Assembly (NCBI GenBank): GCA_016840165.1
Contig: JAEOSU010000067.1
Coordinates: 1-64,000, forward strand
Reading direction: 5' to 3'
Source: Promethearchaeota archaeon
GTDB taxonomy: Archaea > Asgardarchaeota > Lokiarchaeia > Sigyniarchaeales > SOKP01
Length of the DNA stretch: 64,000 nucleotides
The first letter of the stretch is position 1; each line of letters begins with the position of its first letter. The notes below the pieces were generated by a model. It saw only the letters and a program-made list of their open reading frames with translations, ran no database searches and was not told the origin of the DNA. This document shows positions 1 through 10,839 of the stretch, in pieces. The translations under genes were made by a program, and so were the position numbers.

Positions 1-179
1 GTGTGTAATCTATAATAAAAATAAAATTGAAAAACTGAATAATCTTAAATTAAAAATTAGAATTAAATTTTTATATAAACAGTCAGAGTTCAATAGGATT
101 TAGAGATCTACTTCCTTTGATACTGTTCTTTTTTTAATTTTAAAATTGCTTTATAAAAAGCCTAATATTCTTTTTTCTC

Positions 180-809
180 TTAGAAAAAGAAATCTGTTAA
201 ATCATGAATATCTAATAACTTTTCTACCGTAAGATTAGCATGAGCTTTTAATTCTTCCAAATTCTTGTTTTGTGATGTTTTTTGATCTTTCCAACAGAGG
301 GTATAAACCATTCCGAGATATTTTCCATAAATTATAACACCATCTTCAAAATCAGCATCATTATCAAGGTAAATTGTTCCGAACGTATTTATGTTATCAG
401 TTTCAGTCAAGAAATCAATTAATTGAGAATAAAATTTTGAACTCATGAATGCCCTATCTTGTACATTTGATAATTTATGTTCAAACCCTCTTCCTCCTCT
501 CCGAGGTACTTTCAAATGGTAAAATCTTACAGTTTGATCTAATTCATCAATTTTACTTTGGACATCTTCAAGTAATTGTTCATTTTGTGAAAAATCTCCT
601 TCAACCTTATCAATCTTTTGAGATCCTCTATGTCTTCCATTATTATCTATAAATGCTATAAAGGGAGGACAATTTTCTCCTATAGGATGATTTCTTATTA
701 ACAAATTAAAAAGACCAGACTTTTTCTCGTATTCTATTTGCTTTCTAAAACTTTTTTTGCAATATGGACAAATGAAATTTACTGTTATTGTCTGATCTGA
801 ATTTATCAT
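180..809 (-). CDS. Hypothetical protein with N-terminal CPxC zinc-ribbon-like domain (shared with 41407-42255)
   Basis: 209-aa ORF; CPYC...CPPFIAFIDNNGRHRGSQKID matches CPIC...CPKHQFIVFVDTKGIVRGYEKID in the 41407 ORF. Confidence 0.7.
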   Translation of the reverse strand: MINSDQTITVNFICPYCKKSFRKQIEYEKKSGLFNLLIRNHPIGENCPPFIAFIDNNGRHRGSQKIDKVEGDFSQNEQLLEDVQSKIDELDQTVRFYHLKVPRRGGRGFEHKLSNVQDRAFMSSKFYSQLIDFLTETDNINTFGTIYLDNDADFEDGVIIYGKYLGMVYTLCWKDQKTSQNKNLEELKAHANLTVEKLLDIHDLTDFFF

Positions 810-923
810 ATTCTTACAAATCCTTGATCAACTGAGCACTTTTAAACTTTAACAAAAGGAAAAGTAAGAACTAAAAATAGATCTCATTGAATAAACCTGA
901 AGCGAATATTCAATAAAGAAAGC

Positions 924-2078
924 TTAGAAAATCTTCTGCCTACTCTTAAATTCGTATATTCTTTTAATTGCATCCAATTTTTCTGTATTATTTAGACGGG
1001 CTTGATCGATTGCTTGTTCCAGTATTTCTGCACATCCTATCATCCTTTTAAGGTTCACAGGGTATGGGATTCCATCCTTACCTCCTACAGCATAAGAGTA
1101 TTTAGCAGGATCTTTCCAGCTTGGGGCCTCCCCCCAAATAAATTCTGATATTAGTGCCAACGCCCTAATCATACCAGGACCTAACCCCTTGATTTTTAAT
1201 AATTCAGTGTAATCATTTACTCCTAATTTGTTCACCATATCGACACTTTCCCATTTAAGTGTAAAGGGAATAGGCATATTCAAGTTTGGAATTTGTCTTA
1301 CCTTCATCCTGTCTTCTGTTTTTATAAAGTCAACTAAAGTAGTTTGGTTTTTATCTTTTAGTTTACTCAGGTATCGCTTTATTCGATTCGACCCTTCTTG
1401 GATCACTTCAAGTGATGTTTTTCTACACTTTCTACTTTCACTTGATACCATATTTAAAGCTTTATCTTTTACAACTTCAGAACTAATGTTCTTATGAGGA
1501 TTATCTAAATAAGATGTCAACCCTTCAGAGAGCCAATGATATCGTCTTGCCTTCTTAATATTACCATCGAGACCTTGCTGAATTATTCCCCAATTATTTT
1601 CAGAGACAATCATTAAATGATGATATAAATTAAAGCCATCTTGAACTGCTGCATTATCAATTTTAGCTACTAATCGACTAGTCTCACTTAATTCTTCAAT
1701 ATCATCAACACTATAATCTAAGACTTTTCCTTTATCTTGAAGATGTTCCCTAACTTTTGTAGAATTCTTGCCTTTTCCCCCTGCTATTATTAAACCATGA
1801 TCTTGGGGATTAATAATCTGTTTTAACACACCGCCTAAAACTGTAGTACAACCGCTTGAATGCCAATCAAATCCTAAAATACATGCTAATCCTTGAAACC
1901 AGTATGTATCAGATAACCGTCTAATTATTCCATCTGGTCCTTCCATATCATATAAAATTTTTAAGATTGGTTTTCCTAAAATTACCATCCTTTTTAAAAG
2001 CCAACCAGGAGCTTTATAACTGTGTAATGGAAGTGTCGCTATACCTACTTTACTCATCGAATTACATCCAAAATCCAT
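924..2078 (-). CDS. DUF763 family protein
   Basis: LPLHSYKAPGWL, GFDWHSSGCTT, LVAKIDNAAVQDG, ARRYHW, GGKDGIPYPV motifs; start may be MSKVG at 2057. Confidence 0.85.
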   Translation of the reverse strand: MDFGCNSMSKVGIATLPLHSYKAPGWLLKRMVILGKPILKILYDMEGPDGIIRRLSDTYWFQGLACILGFDWHSSGCTTVLGGVLKQIINPQDHGLIIAGGKGKNSTKVREHLQDKGKVLDYSVDDIEELSETSRLVAKIDNAAVQDGFNLYHHLMIVSENNWGIIQQGLDGNIKKARRYHWLSEGLTSYLDNPHKNISSEVVKDKALNMVSSESRKCRKTSLEVIQEGSNRIKRYLSKLKDKNQTTLVDFIKTEDRMKVRQIPNLNMPIPFTLKWESVDMVNKLGVNDYTELLKIKGLGPGMIRALALISEFIWGEAPSWKDPAKYSYAVGGKDGIPYPVNLKRMIGCAEILEQAIDQARLNNTEKLDAIKRIYEFKSRQKIF

Positions 2079-2169
2079 TAAACTATTAAAAGTAATTTAA
2101 TGATATGTATTAAAATGAGTGATACTATAGGATTATTAATTTTTTATTGTTTGTGTAAAGGTCAAATAA

Positions 2170-3501
2170 ATGGTAAGAGCTAAAAGAATAGTATTGATTG
2201 GCGCGGGAAGTGCTGCATTTGGACCAGTCACTTTAATGGATATAACTTCGAGTAAAGTTTTATCTGGATCTACAATAGTTCTCCATGATATTAATAAAGA
2301 AAAATTAGAAAGAGTTTATGATATTGTTGTTAAAGAAAATGAAATTGGTGGGAATAGATTTACTATTGAACAAACTTTAGAACGAAAAACTGCATTAAAA
2401 GATGCTGACTTTATTATTTGTTCAATTGAAAATGGGGATAGGTTTCTATTACGACGGCAAGATAATTTAATTCCTCGGAAGCACGGTTCTACAGAGATGA
2501 TGGCTGAAAATGGAGGTCCTGGAGGATTTTTTCACTCAGCTCGTCAAATTCCTGAACATATTAGAATTGGACAAGATATTATGAAGTATTGCCCTGATGC
2601 TTTTCTAATAGTTTATTCCAATCCAGTGTCAAGAATATGTTTAGCACTTAAAAGATCTATTCCGGGATTGAAATTTGTTGGTCTTTGTCATCAAATTGAA
2701 CTTTTAACAAAATATCATTTATCGGATATGTTAAATAAGGAAATAACTGAAATGAAATTAACTCTTGGGGGTCTAAACCATTTTGGATTCCTATTCGGAT
2801 TGGAAGATTTTTTAACAGGAAATGATTTAATTCCCGAATTTAATGCAAAATGTATGGAGTATTTTCAAGGTAAATGGGATAGATTTCATTATGCTGATCT
2901 AACATTTGAGCTATATAAGAGAACGGGTTGGTTTTGCTATGCTGGAGATAACCATGTTTGTGAGTATTTACAAAATGGATCTCAATATACTAAAATTGAA
3001 GATATCTTAGAATGGTTGGATAAAATGGAATCTGGAAACAAATCAGTAAATACGTGGTTAAAATTATATCATAGAAGACTTGAAAGGGGGAGATATCCCC
3101 GAAAAGGCGTAATGTTAAATATTCAGTCAGAGGAACGAGGGATACCAATTATCGAGGCAATTACTATAAACAGTAATTCATATGAAATGGCAGTCAATAT
3201 CCCTAATAATGGAATTATTGATAATCTTCCCCAAGATCTTGTAATAGAATGCTCTGGATATGTTAATAGAGATGGTATTCACGGAGTAAAGCTTGGAAAT
3301 ATTCCTAAAAGTGTTGCGGCGTTATTACGGATTGAAGCATCCATACAAGATGTGTGCGTTGAAGCAATTTTAAAAAAATCAAAAGACCTTGCTATTGCCT
3401 GTCTTGCTATGGATGTTAACTGCAAGAGTTTTGAGATGGCAGAAGCTATTTTTAATGAAATGAGTGCACTTCAAAAAAAATATTTACCTAATTTTAAATA
3501 A
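2170..3501 (+). CDS. Family 4 glycoside hydrolase (NAD+/Mn2+-dependent alpha-galactosidase/glucosidase-like)
   Basis: IVLIGAGS Rossmann motif, ENGGPGG, YSNP, GLCH, GLNH. Confidence 0.9.
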   Translation: MVRAKRIVLIGAGSAAFGPVTLMDITSSKVLSGSTIVLHDINKEKLERVYDIVVKENEIGGNRFTIEQTLERKTALKDADFIICSIENGDRFLLRRQDNLIPRKHGSTEMMAENGGPGGFFHSARQIPEHIRIGQDIMKYCPDAFLIVYSNPVSRICLALKRSIPGLKFVGLCHQIELLTKYHLSDMLNKEITEMKLTLGGLNHFGFLFGLEDFLTGNDLIPEFNAKCMEYFQGKWDRFHYADLTFELYKRTGWFCYAGDNHVCEYLQNGSQYTKIEDILEWLDKMESGNKSVNTWLKLYHRRLERGRYPRKGVMLNIQSEERGIPIIEAITINSNSYEMAVNIPNNGIIDNLPQDLVIECSGYVNRDGIHGVKLGNIPKSVAALLRIEASIQDVCVEAILKKSKDLAIACLAMDVNCKSFEMAEAIFNEMSALQKKYLPNFK

Positions 3502-3525
3502 GACTTCAATATCATTCTATTCAAA

Positions 3526-4371
3526 ATGAAAATTCCAATAATTTATTTTTCAGCTTCCGGAAATACAAAATACATAGCAAAATTGATTGAAATGGGATTT
3601 ATTTTTGCTAATCTTGAACCTGAACTAATTCCAATTAATACCCTAAAGAAGAAAAAAATAGATTTTGAAGAAATAGAAGTATTTGGGGTTGGAGCTCCTA
3701 TTTATGCTTTAGCATTTGCTCCAAATATGCTACAATGGGTAAAAAATTTACCAAAAGCAAGAAAAAAACTTAAATTCTTTTTATTTGATACGAATGCTGG
3801 ATTACCTGGCGCGCCAATTAAACAAGTTAGAAATTTATTGGAAAAAAAGAATTATAAATTCATAGGTGCTATTGAAATAATTGCTCCAACAAGAGATTCT
3901 GTATTTGAATCAAGAGCATTTAAATATGTTAACTGGTCAAGAAACAAAATTGAAAAGGTCTTCCAGTTCGGAATTAAACTTGCTAAAATTATCAAGACAG
4001 GAGAGGGTCAAATAGATTGGTCTAATCCTACTTTATTCAGCAAATTATTTAGAGTAATTTTTCAGAACATTGAAAAACCTTTTTATAAATATTTTGGTCG
4101 ATTTTTTGGATTTTTACCTGAAAGATGTAGTAATTGTAGGACATGCGAGAAAGGTTGCCCTACTGAAGCAATAACATTCAACAATAGACCTATTTTTAAT
4201 TATCAAAAATGCATATTGTGTTTTAGATGTGCAAGAAATTGTCCGACCAATGCTATTTATTTCAAATTATTTCCTAACGTAAGATATTTTAAAGGACCAA
4301 AAACCGTTCGGGGTTATATCGCTCCGGATCAAATATTGAAAGAGTATCAGAGAAGATTATTTACTAAATAA
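3526..4371 (+). CDS. EFR1-type flavodoxin-ferredoxin fusion
   Basis: YFSASGNT flavodoxin N-terminus and two CxxCxxCxxxCP clusters. Confidence 0.85.
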   Translation: MKIPIIYFSASGNTKYIAKLIEMGFIFANLEPELIPINTLKKKKIDFEEIEVFGVGAPIYALAFAPNMLQWVKNLPKARKKLKFFLFDTNAGLPGAPIKQVRNLLEKKNYKFIGAIEIIAPTRDSVFESRAFKYVNWSRNKIEKVFQFGIKLAKIIKTGEGQIDWSNPTLFSKLFRVIFQNIEKPFYKYFGRFFGFLPERCSNCRTCEKGCPTEAITFNNRPIFNYQKCILCFRCARNCPTNAIYFKLFPNVRYFKGPKTVRGYIAPDQILKEYQRRLFTK

Positions 4372-4375
4372 TTAT

Positions 4376-5440
4376 TTATTTCCTACGATTTTTTTTGCCT
4401 TCTAAAATTGCCATTGCCATCTCTATTACTCTATTAAAAGGTTCCTCACAGTCTTCCCTTAAATGTAAAGTAATAGCTTCTTCAGGGCAAGTTGTAGCAC
4501 ATAAACCACATCCAAGACATTTTTCTCTTGAAACTACAGCAGTATCTTCTAATATTATGGCTCCAACAGGGCATCGGTCAACACATGTTCCACAACTGGA
4601 GCATACTTCATCATCCACAATAGATTCGAACAGAGCATTCATAAATTTATGTTTATCAAATCCCTTCTGTGTTATTCCTTTCATTGATGCGCAACAACAT
4701 GGGCAACAGTTACATATATTAGAAAGATGTTTAGAGTTAGCTCCAGCATGAACTAGACCAGCATTATCAGCTTGTTCGATAATTTCAATTGCCTCATCAG
4801 CAGATATTTCACGCCCTATTCCATTTTCAATATAATATTCTGCTGCCACTCCAAAACTTAGACATGTTTCTATTGGATAATCACATCCCTCGCCATTTAA
4901 CTCTGCTTCTTTACGACAGATACATTCTGTAACTGAAATTACCCTGGTGTTCTTTATGCTTTCTTTCAATTTATGATAGGGGTAAAGAACAGTATTATAT
5001 TCAATTGTCTCTTCAATTGGAACCACTTTAAATCCAGGAACATTGCTTAAACCCATTTCTTCTTGGTATGCAGTATCATAATATTCTTTATAATATTTAG
5101 CAAGTTCTTTATCTATCTTTTTGACAGAATATTCATATAACCCAACCATAAAAGGAATAGCATTAAATAGCGTTTTATTATCTCGTCGAATACGAAATAT
5201 TAATCCTTTTTTAGCCATTATTTCTAGTTTTTCCTCTAATTGCTTTTTGTCCAATCCAAATTTTTTAGCAATTTGAGAAACACTATTAGGCGTCGGGGTT
5301 AATAATACAGCTATTTTTGCCTCTTCTTCCGTAAACAACCTTTTTAAGATTTTTAATTCAACTCGAGAAGGTGTTTCAGGAAAACCTAAAGGGAATTGAT
5401 TTAAAAATTCTCTTAATTTCAAGTAGACATCGTCAGACAT
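4376..5440 (-). CDS. 4Fe-4S binding protein with N-terminal HTH-like region
   Basis: CICR, ICNCCPCCC and two C-terminal CxxCxxCxxxCP motifs. Confidence 0.85.
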   Translation of the reverse strand: MSDDVYLKLREFLNQFPLGFPETPSRVELKILKRLFTEEEAKIAVLLTPTPNSVSQIAKKFGLDKKQLEEKLEIMAKKGLIFRIRRDNKTLFNAIPFMVGLYEYSVKKIDKELAKYYKEYYDTAYQEEMGLSNVPGFKVVPIEETIEYNTVLYPYHKLKESIKNTRVISVTECICRKEAELNGEGCDYPIETCLSFGVAAEYYIENGIGREISADEAIEIIEQADNAGLVHAGANSKHLSNICNCCPCCCASMKGITQKGFDKHKFMNALFESIVDDEVCSSCGTCVDRCPVGAIILEDTAVVSREKCLGCGLCATTCPEEAITLHLREDCEEPFNRVIEMAMAILEGKKNRRK

Positions 5441-5482
5441 TAATATTACCTAAACATAGGTTATTATAACTGTAATTATTAT

Positions 5483-6355
5483 TTATTTAATTAAATCTTT
5501 TTCAAATAATACAACTCCGAATGGTTCTCCCTCATAATAATAAAAACCTATTGTTTCAACAAGGTTTGCGATATCGGGATGGCAAAAAACTTCAAAATAA
5601 TTACTTTCTTCATTTTGAATTTCTCTATAAAGAACTGCTTTGATAAGTTCGAAAGCTATTTTCGGATTACCATATACTATTAACCAAACTTGATGTTCGC
5701 CGGGAGATTCTTGAAGAACAGTTCTTTTGAATTTAATCTTTTGAACTATTGCATCAGAATCGTGTACATACCATTCACCATCATCATCTGTTATGTAATT
5801 TAATGGAGTATAGGACCAACCTAAGCAAATCTCATTTCCAGGACCAATATCGAAAGATTTATATATTTCTTTAGCTTTTTGGGCTGAGATTTTGTTAAAT
5901 TCAAAGCTTGAATCTCCTGTTATTTGAATCTCTTTTTTTTCAGCATCTAAGACATTTAAAGATTTTTTTCTTCTAAATCCGAAAAATTTAGCTAGTGCAT
6001 GTGACCCTAAATTTTTTGAGGATGTATCATACTGCGCCACTTTAGCATTTACTTTATAACCATAATCTATTGCGTATTTTATCATTTTTCTTCCAATCCC
6101 TTGTCGTTGATATTCTACTTTTACCCTCCCTCCTTCTAACCAAGCTAAATAATTATTAATTATTTTTACACGTCCAAAACCCACCATCTCTGATTTATTT
6201 TCAACTTTAAATGCCCCATAGTTCAAACAGTTTTCATCTTTAAGCCAATATTCAATTACTCCAGGAATATAATCCCAACCTTCCCAAATATCTTTGCTAA
6301 TATCTTTTATAGCTTGAATATCTTCGAACGTTAATTCTCTAAAGTAAATTTCCAT
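5483..6355 (-). CDS. GNAT family N-acetyltransferase
   Basis: WLEGGRVKVEYQRQGIG acetyl-CoA-binding motif A. Confidence 0.85.
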   Translation of the reverse strand: MEIYFRELTFEDIQAIKDISKDIWEGWDYIPGVIEYWLKDENCLNYGAFKVENKSEMVGFGRVKIINNYLAWLEGGRVKVEYQRQGIGRKMIKYAIDYGYKVNAKVAQYDTSSKNLGSHALAKFFGFRRKKSLNVLDAEKKEIQITGDSSFEFNKISAQKAKEIYKSFDIGPGNEICLGWSYTPLNYITDDDGEWYVHDSDAIVQKIKFKRTVLQESPGEHQVWLIVYGNPKIAFELIKAVLYREIQNEESNYFEVFCHPDIANLVETIGFYYYEGEPFGVVLFEKDLIK

Positions 6356-6452
6356 TTAAATCAAACAAATAATTTTAAATATAGGACTAACAATAACAAT
6401 ACCATTAAAAAAAGTTAATTCTAATTAAAAAAATTTCTAAAATTGATCAAAA

Positions 6453-8183
6453 ATGACCGAAAAAATAATGGAAAGCAGCCCATATTCAGAAAAAATATGG
6501 CTAAAATCATACGATAAACATGTCAAACCTGAAATAGACATAGAAATCTATTCTTTAGCAGAAATGATGAGGAGAACTGTTCAAAAATTTCCTGATAGTC
6601 TTTGTTATGATTTTCAGGGGGCTCGCGCGACTTTTCAAGAAACTGAGAACTATATTAAAAGTTTTGCTAACTTTCTTATTGAAAATGGGGTCAAAAAAGG
6701 AGATCGCGTTGTAATAAACTTACCAAATATTCCTCAATTTATTGTATCATTATTTGGTACTTTCTATGCTGGATGTGCTGCTTCAGGGATGAATTTCCTT
6801 TTACAACCTAATGAAATAATTTATCAATTAAAAGATTCTGGAGCAATTGCAATTGTGACACTTGATTCTTTTTATGAAGAAAAGGTTAGACAAGCAATTT
6901 TAAGTGGAGAAACTGATGTGAAGATTGTTATTACAACTAATGTCGCTGACTTTTTAGATCTAGAACCTAGTATGAAAGAACAACTAATTAAAATAGGAAA
7001 AGTTCCATTTGGAAAAGTAGAGCCTATAGAAGGCGTTAAATTAGCTACTTTTAATGAGATATTAGAAAAATTTCCAAGTGATACGATTCCTGATGTAAAA
7101 ATTGAACCAGAAGATGTCTTATTACTTCAATATACTGGTGGAACAACTGGTCCTCCTAAAGGTGCTATTTTAACCCATAAAAATTTAATATCAATAATTC
7201 AAATTGTAAATCATTGGTTTGAACCTGCGCTTAAACCAGGAGAAGATGTTTATATCTCAGGTTTTCCTTTTTTTCACTTAGCTGGTCTGCAATTTTGTAT
7301 ACAAACTGTTGCTCAAGGGTGTATGCAAATTTTAGTACCAGATCCGAGAGATACGAACTATATGGCTGGGAAAATGAAAGACTATGAAGGGAAAGTTTCA
7401 CTAATGTATAATGTTCCAACCCTTTATATGATGCTTGTTAAGAATCGAAGATTTAAAAAGCTAGATCTCAGTTCAGTAATAGGTTATATTTCTGGTGCAG
7501 CGCCATTTCCAACAGAAAGTATAAATGAATTTGAAGATGCAGTTGGTAAGGAAAAAGTTGTAGAGGCTTATGGCATGACTGAAGCATCTCCAGGTGTTAC
7601 AATGAATCCATATTTAGGGAAGAAGAAAATAGGAACTGTTGGAGTTCCTTTCCCTAATACTGAAGTAAAAATCGTAGATGTTACAGATCGCCAAAAAGAA
7701 GTTCCTTTAGGAGAACCAGGGGAAATAGCTATTAGAGGCCCCCAAATATTTAAAGGGTATTGGAATAAACCTAAAGAAACAGAAAATGCACTTCAAAATG
7801 GATTCTTCTATAGTGGTGATGTTGGAGTTATGGATGAAGATGGTTATATCACAATAGTTGATAGGACTAAGGATATGATTATTGTTAGTGGCTATAAAGT
7901 TTTTAGTGTAGAAATAGATGATAAAATGAATAAACATCCAGCAATTGAACTCTGTTCATCTGTTGGTATTCCTGATCCAGATCGTCCTGGCTCTGAAATT
8001 GTCAAGTTATATGTATTATTAAAAAAAAGTTATGAAGCTATAGAAGAAACGAAAAATGATATTTTAAAATATGCCCAAGATAATTTAGCTAAATATAAAA
8101 TTCCAAAAATCATTGAATTTATTGAAGAAATGCCTCTTACTACAATAGGTAAAGTAGATAAGAAATTATTGAGAAAAAAATGA
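6453..8183 (+). CDS. Long-chain fatty-acid--CoA ligase (AMP-binding)
   Basis: YTGGTTGPPKG, YGMTE, SGD, DRTKD and C-terminal GKVDK motifs. Confidence 0.92.
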   Translation: MTEKIMESSPYSEKIWLKSYDKHVKPEIDIEIYSLAEMMRRTVQKFPDSLCYDFQGARATFQETENYIKSFANFLIENGVKKGDRVVINLPNIPQFIVSLFGTFYAGCAASGMNFLLQPNEIIYQLKDSGAIAIVTLDSFYEEKVRQAILSGETDVKIVITTNVADFLDLEPSMKEQLIKIGKVPFGKVEPIEGVKLATFNEILEKFPSDTIPDVKIEPEDVLLLQYTGGTTGPPKGAILTHKNLISIIQIVNHWFEPALKPGEDVYISGFPFFHLAGLQFCIQTVAQGCMQILVPDPRDTNYMAGKMKDYEGKVSLMYNVPTLYMMLVKNRRFKKLDLSSVIGYISGAAPFPTESINEFEDAVGKEKVVEAYGMTEASPGVTMNPYLGKKKIGTVGVPFPNTEVKIVDVTDRQKEVPLGEPGEIAIRGPQIFKGYWNKPKETENALQNGFFYSGDVGVMDEDGYITIVDRTKDMIIVSGYKVFSVEIDDKMNKHPAIELCSSVGIPDPDRPGSEIVKLYVLLKKSYEAIEETKNDILKYAQDNLAKYKIPKIIEFIEEMPLTTIGKVDKKLLRKK

Positions 8184-8228
8184 TTTAAAGCGCTCTTTTT
8201 TTTTATTTTTAATTTTCTTCATACTCTC

Positions 8229-8822
8229 CTATACTTTTTTTTTGAAATATCTTCTATAAATATTATAATATAAAAATAGAGCAAAAATATAATGAATCAC
8301 TATACAAGGTATTATTCCTAATTTCAAAAATAAATACCCATTGTATAAACCTAATATAAATGGATTGCCAAGATTGATTAACCTAAGTTTTAGATTTTTA
8401 ATAGCAAACCACGTATGTAGATGATATAGAGAGAAAATTAAGCTAGATAATATTATGAGTAGAAATGATTCTAATTCCATTGAAAAAATTAGGAACCCAA
8501 TTAAATAATACCTAAAAATTAATTCTTCAATTATCATTATAATAGGAAAAAAGAGCCATACTATTATCTGATTGTTCTTATTAATAAAACCATTAATAAC
8601 ATCATGATTTTTCATAATTTCGATGTTTCTATTGCTATAACCATAAATTTCGATTAATTTACTCAATATTAAAAGCACAAGAACACCAGTTATTATAATT
8701 AAGATTACGCATAGAGTTAAATCCCTTACCAAGAAATATTCGATGAATACCCCAAAAAACAGAGGAATAGTTAATAAAATAAAAATTATAGTTATAACAG
8801 TATACTTCTTAATCTTTTTCAA
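8229..8822 (-). CDS. CPBP (CAAX-protease-like) intramembrane metalloprotease
   Basis: EELIFR, FSLYH, IHY motifs in a hydrophobic protein. Confidence 0.8.
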   Translation of the reverse strand: MKKIKKYTVITIIFILLTIPLFFGVFIEYFLVRDLTLCVILIIITGVLVLLILSKLIEIYGYSNRNIEIMKNHDVINGFINKNNQIIVWLFFPIIMIIEELIFRYYLIGFLIFSMELESFLLIILSSLIFSLYHLHTWFAIKNLKLRLINLGNPFILGLYNGYLFLKLGIIPCIVIHYIFALFLYYNIYRRYFKKKV

Positions 8823-8895
8823 AATTTTCCAAACCTAAAATAAAGTAAATTTAAATTATTAATAGGAACCTATTTCAAAATACTATAAACTAAAA

Positions 8896-9180
8896 TTATC
8901 CAGAATAATCTTTTTTTGAACCCATTAATGTAGTTGTTTCCTCTACCCATTGAGACAAATCTTTATCTACTCTACAAAAAGTGACAATTTTATCTATATC
9001 CCTTAATTTAGAAAAAGAGCATTCAACCATAACATCCCATCCCCCATAGATTGGAGTGACATACGTAATTTTCCACTCCTCCTCTGGTTCAGTGGATTTT
9101 AAATCAGTCAATTTTTCAACGACTTTCCATTCTGTACCAATTGCTTTTAAACGTATTAATATATATCCTCGATAATAAAT
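8896..9180 (-). CDS. Lrp/AsnC ligand-binding (RAM) domain protein, probable ATT start
   Basis: Frame open from ATT at 9180 (IYYRGYILIRLKAIGTEWKVVEKL...), with AGGTG and an in-frame TAA just upstream; YGGWDVMVE and ETTTL are typical of RAM domains. Confidence 0.7.
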   Translation of the reverse strand: MYYRGYILIRLKAIGTEWKVVEKLTDLKSTEPEEEWKITYVTPIYGGWDVMVECSFSKLRDIDKIVTFCRVDKDLSQWVEETTTLMGSKKDYSG

Positions 9181-9320
9181 CTCTTACACCTTTGGTTCCC
9201 TAATCGTTTAAGTTTATATCTCTATTTCGACTTAACTTTAATTTAAATTAGAATATATTTAAGTAATTTAATGTTTCTATTATAAATTGCTTAATATAAA
9301 TTTGATGAGATAATACAGAA

Positions 9321-10838
9321 ATGTCTGACTTATATCAAAAATTAGAGAAAATAGTGTCAGAAAAGTATATTTCGAATGATATTTATGTTCGCCATGCTTA
9401 TTCGCGAAATGTGGATATTGCGTTACAAGGAATACCTGATATTGTAATACGACCAAAAGATGCACAAGAAATCACAGAAATTCTTAAAATTGCTAATGAA
9501 GAAAATAGTGCTGTAATTCCCCGTGGAGCAGGAATTTGTGAGTTTGGAGGAAGTAAACCTATTGGAGATAACGGGATTGTATTAGACTTGAAAAGAATGA
9601 ATAATATCTTAAACTTAGACAAAGAAAATCTCATTGTTACTGCTGAGGCTGGAATTTCTTGGGGCAAATTAAATGAATATCTTTGCCATCATGGTCTTTA
9701 TACAGGTTGTATGGGACCGGGCTCTGGTATGTCAGCATCAATAGGAGGAGGAATTTCTCACCATTCGGTAGGTGGTGGGGGGTGTGCTAAATATGGAGCT
9801 TGCACCAACCAATTAGTTTCATTAGAGGTTGTTTTACCAACTGGAGAGGTTATAGAAACAGGTTCTCAAGCAAATAAACACTCAAAATTTCCATTCAATC
9901 GATTTGGAAATGGCCCAGACTTAGCAGGATTATTCTGTGGAGATAATGGAATTTTTGGCGTGAAAACTAAAGTTTCATTACAAGTGTTTCCTAAGCCAGA
10001 ATATGCTGAGTATAAGACATTTTTATTACCCCGAAAAGAAAGGATAGTTTCAGCAAAAATTTTATCAGAAATTAGACATAAGGGAATTGATGTGTATGAT
10101 GCAATGTATATTATGGATCTTCTTGTCAGAGTGGGTGTTGATCAAGGCTCAATGCCTATGTATGAGAATTTAAAAAGGAAAAGAGGTTTAATTTTTTATA
10201 CTATAGAAGCTAATACTGAAGCAGAATTGGAAGAAAAAGCTAAACAATTAGATGAAATCATGATAAAAAATAAAGCAGAAAATGTTGGCTCAGAAATTTC
10301 AGACGGAAATATAGCTAAATGGCATTATGTTGAACAGGGGCATTGGCAATTCTATCATAATTTATGGGGGATGGTACCGTCCAATCAGCCTTTAACAGCT
10401 GAATCTTTTTGTCCAACAAATAAATATCCAGAAATTCTGAATGATATTGATCAATGGGATATGGAAAATAATGAGAATATGCAAAAGATTTCTGATATTA
10501 CTAAAATGCGACCTATTGCGGGAAGTGGACCAATATTATTAATAGATGGTAATAATGTAGAAATTACATGCGGATTTACAAGCTTCTGGAGTTATTTTGA
10601 CGGTGAGATCCATGATGTCATACAAGAAACAAATTTAAAACTATGGAAATCACTTTTAGAAAGAGTTACAAAACACGGGGTTCAATGGTATATGATGGGA
10701 GATTTTATGTCTCGCTTAATGGTGGATATTGGTGCTTACTCTGAGGAATATTACAACTTCATGAAGTCAATTAAAAAAATTCTTGATCCTAATATGATTT
10801 TAAGTAGAGGTAAATTTAATTTTTGGGGGGATAAATAA
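9321..10838 (+). CDS. FAD-binding oxidoreductase (GlcD/Dld family)
   Basis: PDIVIRP, PRGAG, AEAG, SIGG, LEVVLPTG, GPDLAGLFCGDNGIFGV, DPNMIL motifs. Confidence 0.9.
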   Translation: MSDLYQKLEKIVSEKYISNDIYVRHAYSRNVDIALQGIPDIVIRPKDAQEITEILKIANEENSAVIPRGAGICEFGGSKPIGDNGIVLDLKRMNNILNLDKENLIVTAEAGISWGKLNEYLCHHGLYTGCMGPGSGMSASIGGGISHHSVGGGGCAKYGACTNQLVSLEVVLPTGEVIETGSQANKHSKFPFNRFGNGPDLAGLFCGDNGIFGVKTKVSLQVFPKPEYAEYKTFLLPRKERIVSAKILSEIRHKGIDVYDAMYIMDLLVRVGVDQGSMPMYENLKRKRGLIFYTIEANTEAELEEKAKQLDEIMIKNKAENVGSEISDGNIAKWHYVEQGHWQFYHNLWGMVPSNQPLTAESFCPTNKYPEILNDIDQWDMENNENMQKISDITKMRPIAGSGPILLIDGNNVEITCGFTSFWSYFDGEIHDVIQETNLKLWKSLLERVTKHGVQWYMMGDFMSRLMVDIGAYSEEYYNFMKSIKKILDPNMILSRGKFNFWGDK

Positions 10839-10839
10839 A

